From the NCBI GenBank assembly GCA_902541775.1, contig CACBSE010000002.1, positions 15,677 through 79,676 of the forward strand: DNA of 64,000 nucleotides, written 5' to 3'. The notes under the pieces are model-generated. The model ran no database searches, was not told the origin of the DNA, and worked only from the letters and a program-made list of their open reading frames with translations. Shown piece by piece: positions 60,928 to 64,000 of this stretch. Position numbers and translations under genes: made by a program. Position 1 is the stretch's first letter. The number at the start of each line of letters is the position of its first letter. The DNA is from an uncultured Litorivicinus sp. (lineage in GTDB: Bacteria; Pseudomonadota; Gammaproteobacteria; Pseudomonadales; Litorivicinaceae).

Positions 60928-62472
60928 ATGGATCAATTGAATCCTTCTGAGATCAGCGAACTGATCAAACAGCGAATTGCAAAGGCAGACATCGCTGTAT
61001 CAGCAAAGAATGAAGGAGCGATCGTATCGGTTTCAGACGGTATCGTTCGTATTTACGGTCTTGCCGACGTCATGTACGGTGAGATGATTGAATTTGAAGG
61101 CGGCGTTTACGGAATGGCGCTTAACCTTGAGCGTGACTCTGTTGGTGCCGTTGTACTTGGTGATTATCAGAAACTCGCTGAAGGGCAGACAGCGCGCTGT
61201 ACCGGCCGTATTTTGGAAGTCCCTGTGGGGAATGGTCTTCTAGGTCGTGTTGTTGACGCACTTGGAAACCCAGTCGACGGAAAAGGCGACATTGAATCTG
61301 ATAGTACCGACGCGATTGAGAAGGTTGCGCCGGGTGTTATTGCCCGTCAATCAGTTGATCAGCCTGTCCAAACAGGTCTCAAGGCGATCGATGCGATGGT
61401 CCCGATCGGTCGCGGTCAGCGCGAACTCATTATTGGTGACCGTCAGACTGGTAAAACTGCAGTCGCAATCGATGCGATCATTAATCAAAAAGGCACAGGC
61501 GTAAAATGTATCTATGTTGCAATTGGTCAGAAGCAATCATCAATTGCATCGGTTGTTCGTAAGCTCGAAGAGCATGGCGCTATGGCTCACACCATCATCG
61601 TTGCTGCCGGTGCGGCTGATCCGGCAGCGATGCAGTTTTTGGCTGCGTTCTCTGGTTGTACGATGGGTGAATACTTTCGCGATCATGGTGAAGACGCTCT
61701 GATTGTCTACGATGACTTGTCAAAGCAAGCGGTTGCATATCGTCAGATTTCGTTGTTGCTTCGTCGTCCACCTGGCCGAGAGGCTTACCCAGGTGATGTC
61801 TTCTATTTGCATTCACGCTTACTCGAGCGGGCGGCGCGAGTCAATGCGGACTACGTTGAACAACTCACCGATGGGAAAGTTAAGGGTCAGACCGGCTCGT
61901 TGACGGCGCTTCCAATTATTGAGACTCAGGCGGGTGACGTCTCTGCGTTTGTACCAACGAACGTGATTTCGATCACAGACGGTCAGATTTTCCTTGAGAC
62001 GAACCTCTTCAACTCAGGTATCCGTCCAGCGATGAACGCCGGTATCTCGGTATCACGAGTAGGTGGAGCGGCTCAAACAAAAATCGTTAAAAAGCTTGGC
62101 GGTGGAATTCGTCTTGCGCTTGCGCAGTATCGCGAACTCGCGGCCTTTGCTCAGTTCGCGTCGGATCTCGACGACGCAACACGTAAGCAACTTGAGCACG
62201 GTCAGCGAGTAACTGAGCTGATGAAGCAAAAGCAATATAGCCCACAGTCTGTTGCTGAGATGGGCCTTGTGCTGTTTGTTGCGAACGAAGGTTTTCTTGA
62301 TGACGTCGATGTAACAAAAGTCGTTGCGTTTGAAGCGGCACTACTTGACTACTTCAACTCAGAGCATGGAGCGTTGCGTGATGAGATCAACCAGTCAGGC
62401 GATTACAACGACGATATCGCGGTGAAGCTCAAGGCTTGTGTCGAATCTTTCAAATCATCACGGACTTACTAA
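60928..62472 (+). CDS. atpA: ATP synthase F1 alpha
   Basis: [21 protein letters not shown]. Confidence 0.98.
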   Translation: MDQLNPSEISELIKQRIAKADIAVSAKNEGAIVSVSDGIVRIYGLADVMYGEMIEFEGGVYGMALNLERDSVGAVVLGDYQKLAEGQTARCTGRILEVPVGNGLLGRVVDALGNPVDGKGDIESDSTDAIEKVAPGVIARQSVDQPVQTGLKAIDAMVPIGRGQRELIIGDRQTGKTAVAIDAIINQKGTGVKCIYVAIGQKQSSIASVVRKLEEHGAMAHTIIVAAGAADPAAMQFLAAFSGCTMGEYFRDHGEDALIVYDDLSKQAVAYRQISLLLRRPPGREAYPGDVFYLHSRLLERAARVNADYVEQLTDGKVKGQTGSLTALPIIETQAGDVSAFVPTNVISITDGQIFLETNLFNSGIRPAMNAGISVSRVGGAAQTKIVKKLGGGIRLALAQYRELAAFAQFASDLDDATRKQLEHGQRVTELMKQKQYSPQSVAEMGLVLFVANEGFLDDVDVTKVVAFEAALLDYFNSEHGALRDEINQSGDYNDDIAVKLKACVESFKSSRTY

Positions 62473-62496
62473 AGCTGGATAGGTAAAGGGCACAAT

Positions 62497-64000
<1,504 letters not shown>

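Overview
This is a core, gene-dense chromosomal window spanning the replication origin of a Gammaproteobacterium. Gene order is Pseudomonadales/Oceanospirillales-like, GC is roughly 50% by eye, and intergenic spacers are very short. Left to right it carries LPS inner-core/lipid A genes (gmhA, hldE, lpxL-like, waaC, waaF); ilvE-glnE-CYTH; argA-ilvD; rppH-ptsP-(TauE pseudogene)-lgt-thyA-folA; HAD-HDAC-argD-orphan; cyt c4-dsbA; engB; polA; thrB-dinF; yheV; yrdA; purK-purE; tsaC-hemF-aroE; def-fmt-rsmB-trkAH; a second lipid A acyltransferase; glyQS-gmhB; dnaA-dnaN-recF-gyrB; rpmH-rnpA-yidD-yidC-mnmE; a probable oriC; mnmG-rsmG-parAB; and the atp operon, cut off in atpD. I see no mobile element, CRISPR array, rRNA, tRNA or defence island, and no convincing novel multi-gene system. 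The most interesting signals are non-coding or hidden in coding sequence. (1) An ~85-nt sRNA between polA and engB has a textbook sigmaE/AlgU promoter and a terminator, at the Spot42/ErsA position. (2) argA appears to start at ATT. (3) Three perfect parS sites lie inside genes, one extended into a 28-bp perfect palindrome. (4) An HDAC-family gene overlaps the argD start. (5) There are two decay scars, a TauE pseudogene and a lost lysM/dprA locus. (6) purK-purE is in reversed order and may be xenologous. Several start codons were moved from the ORF track using homology and Shine-Dalgarno evidence.
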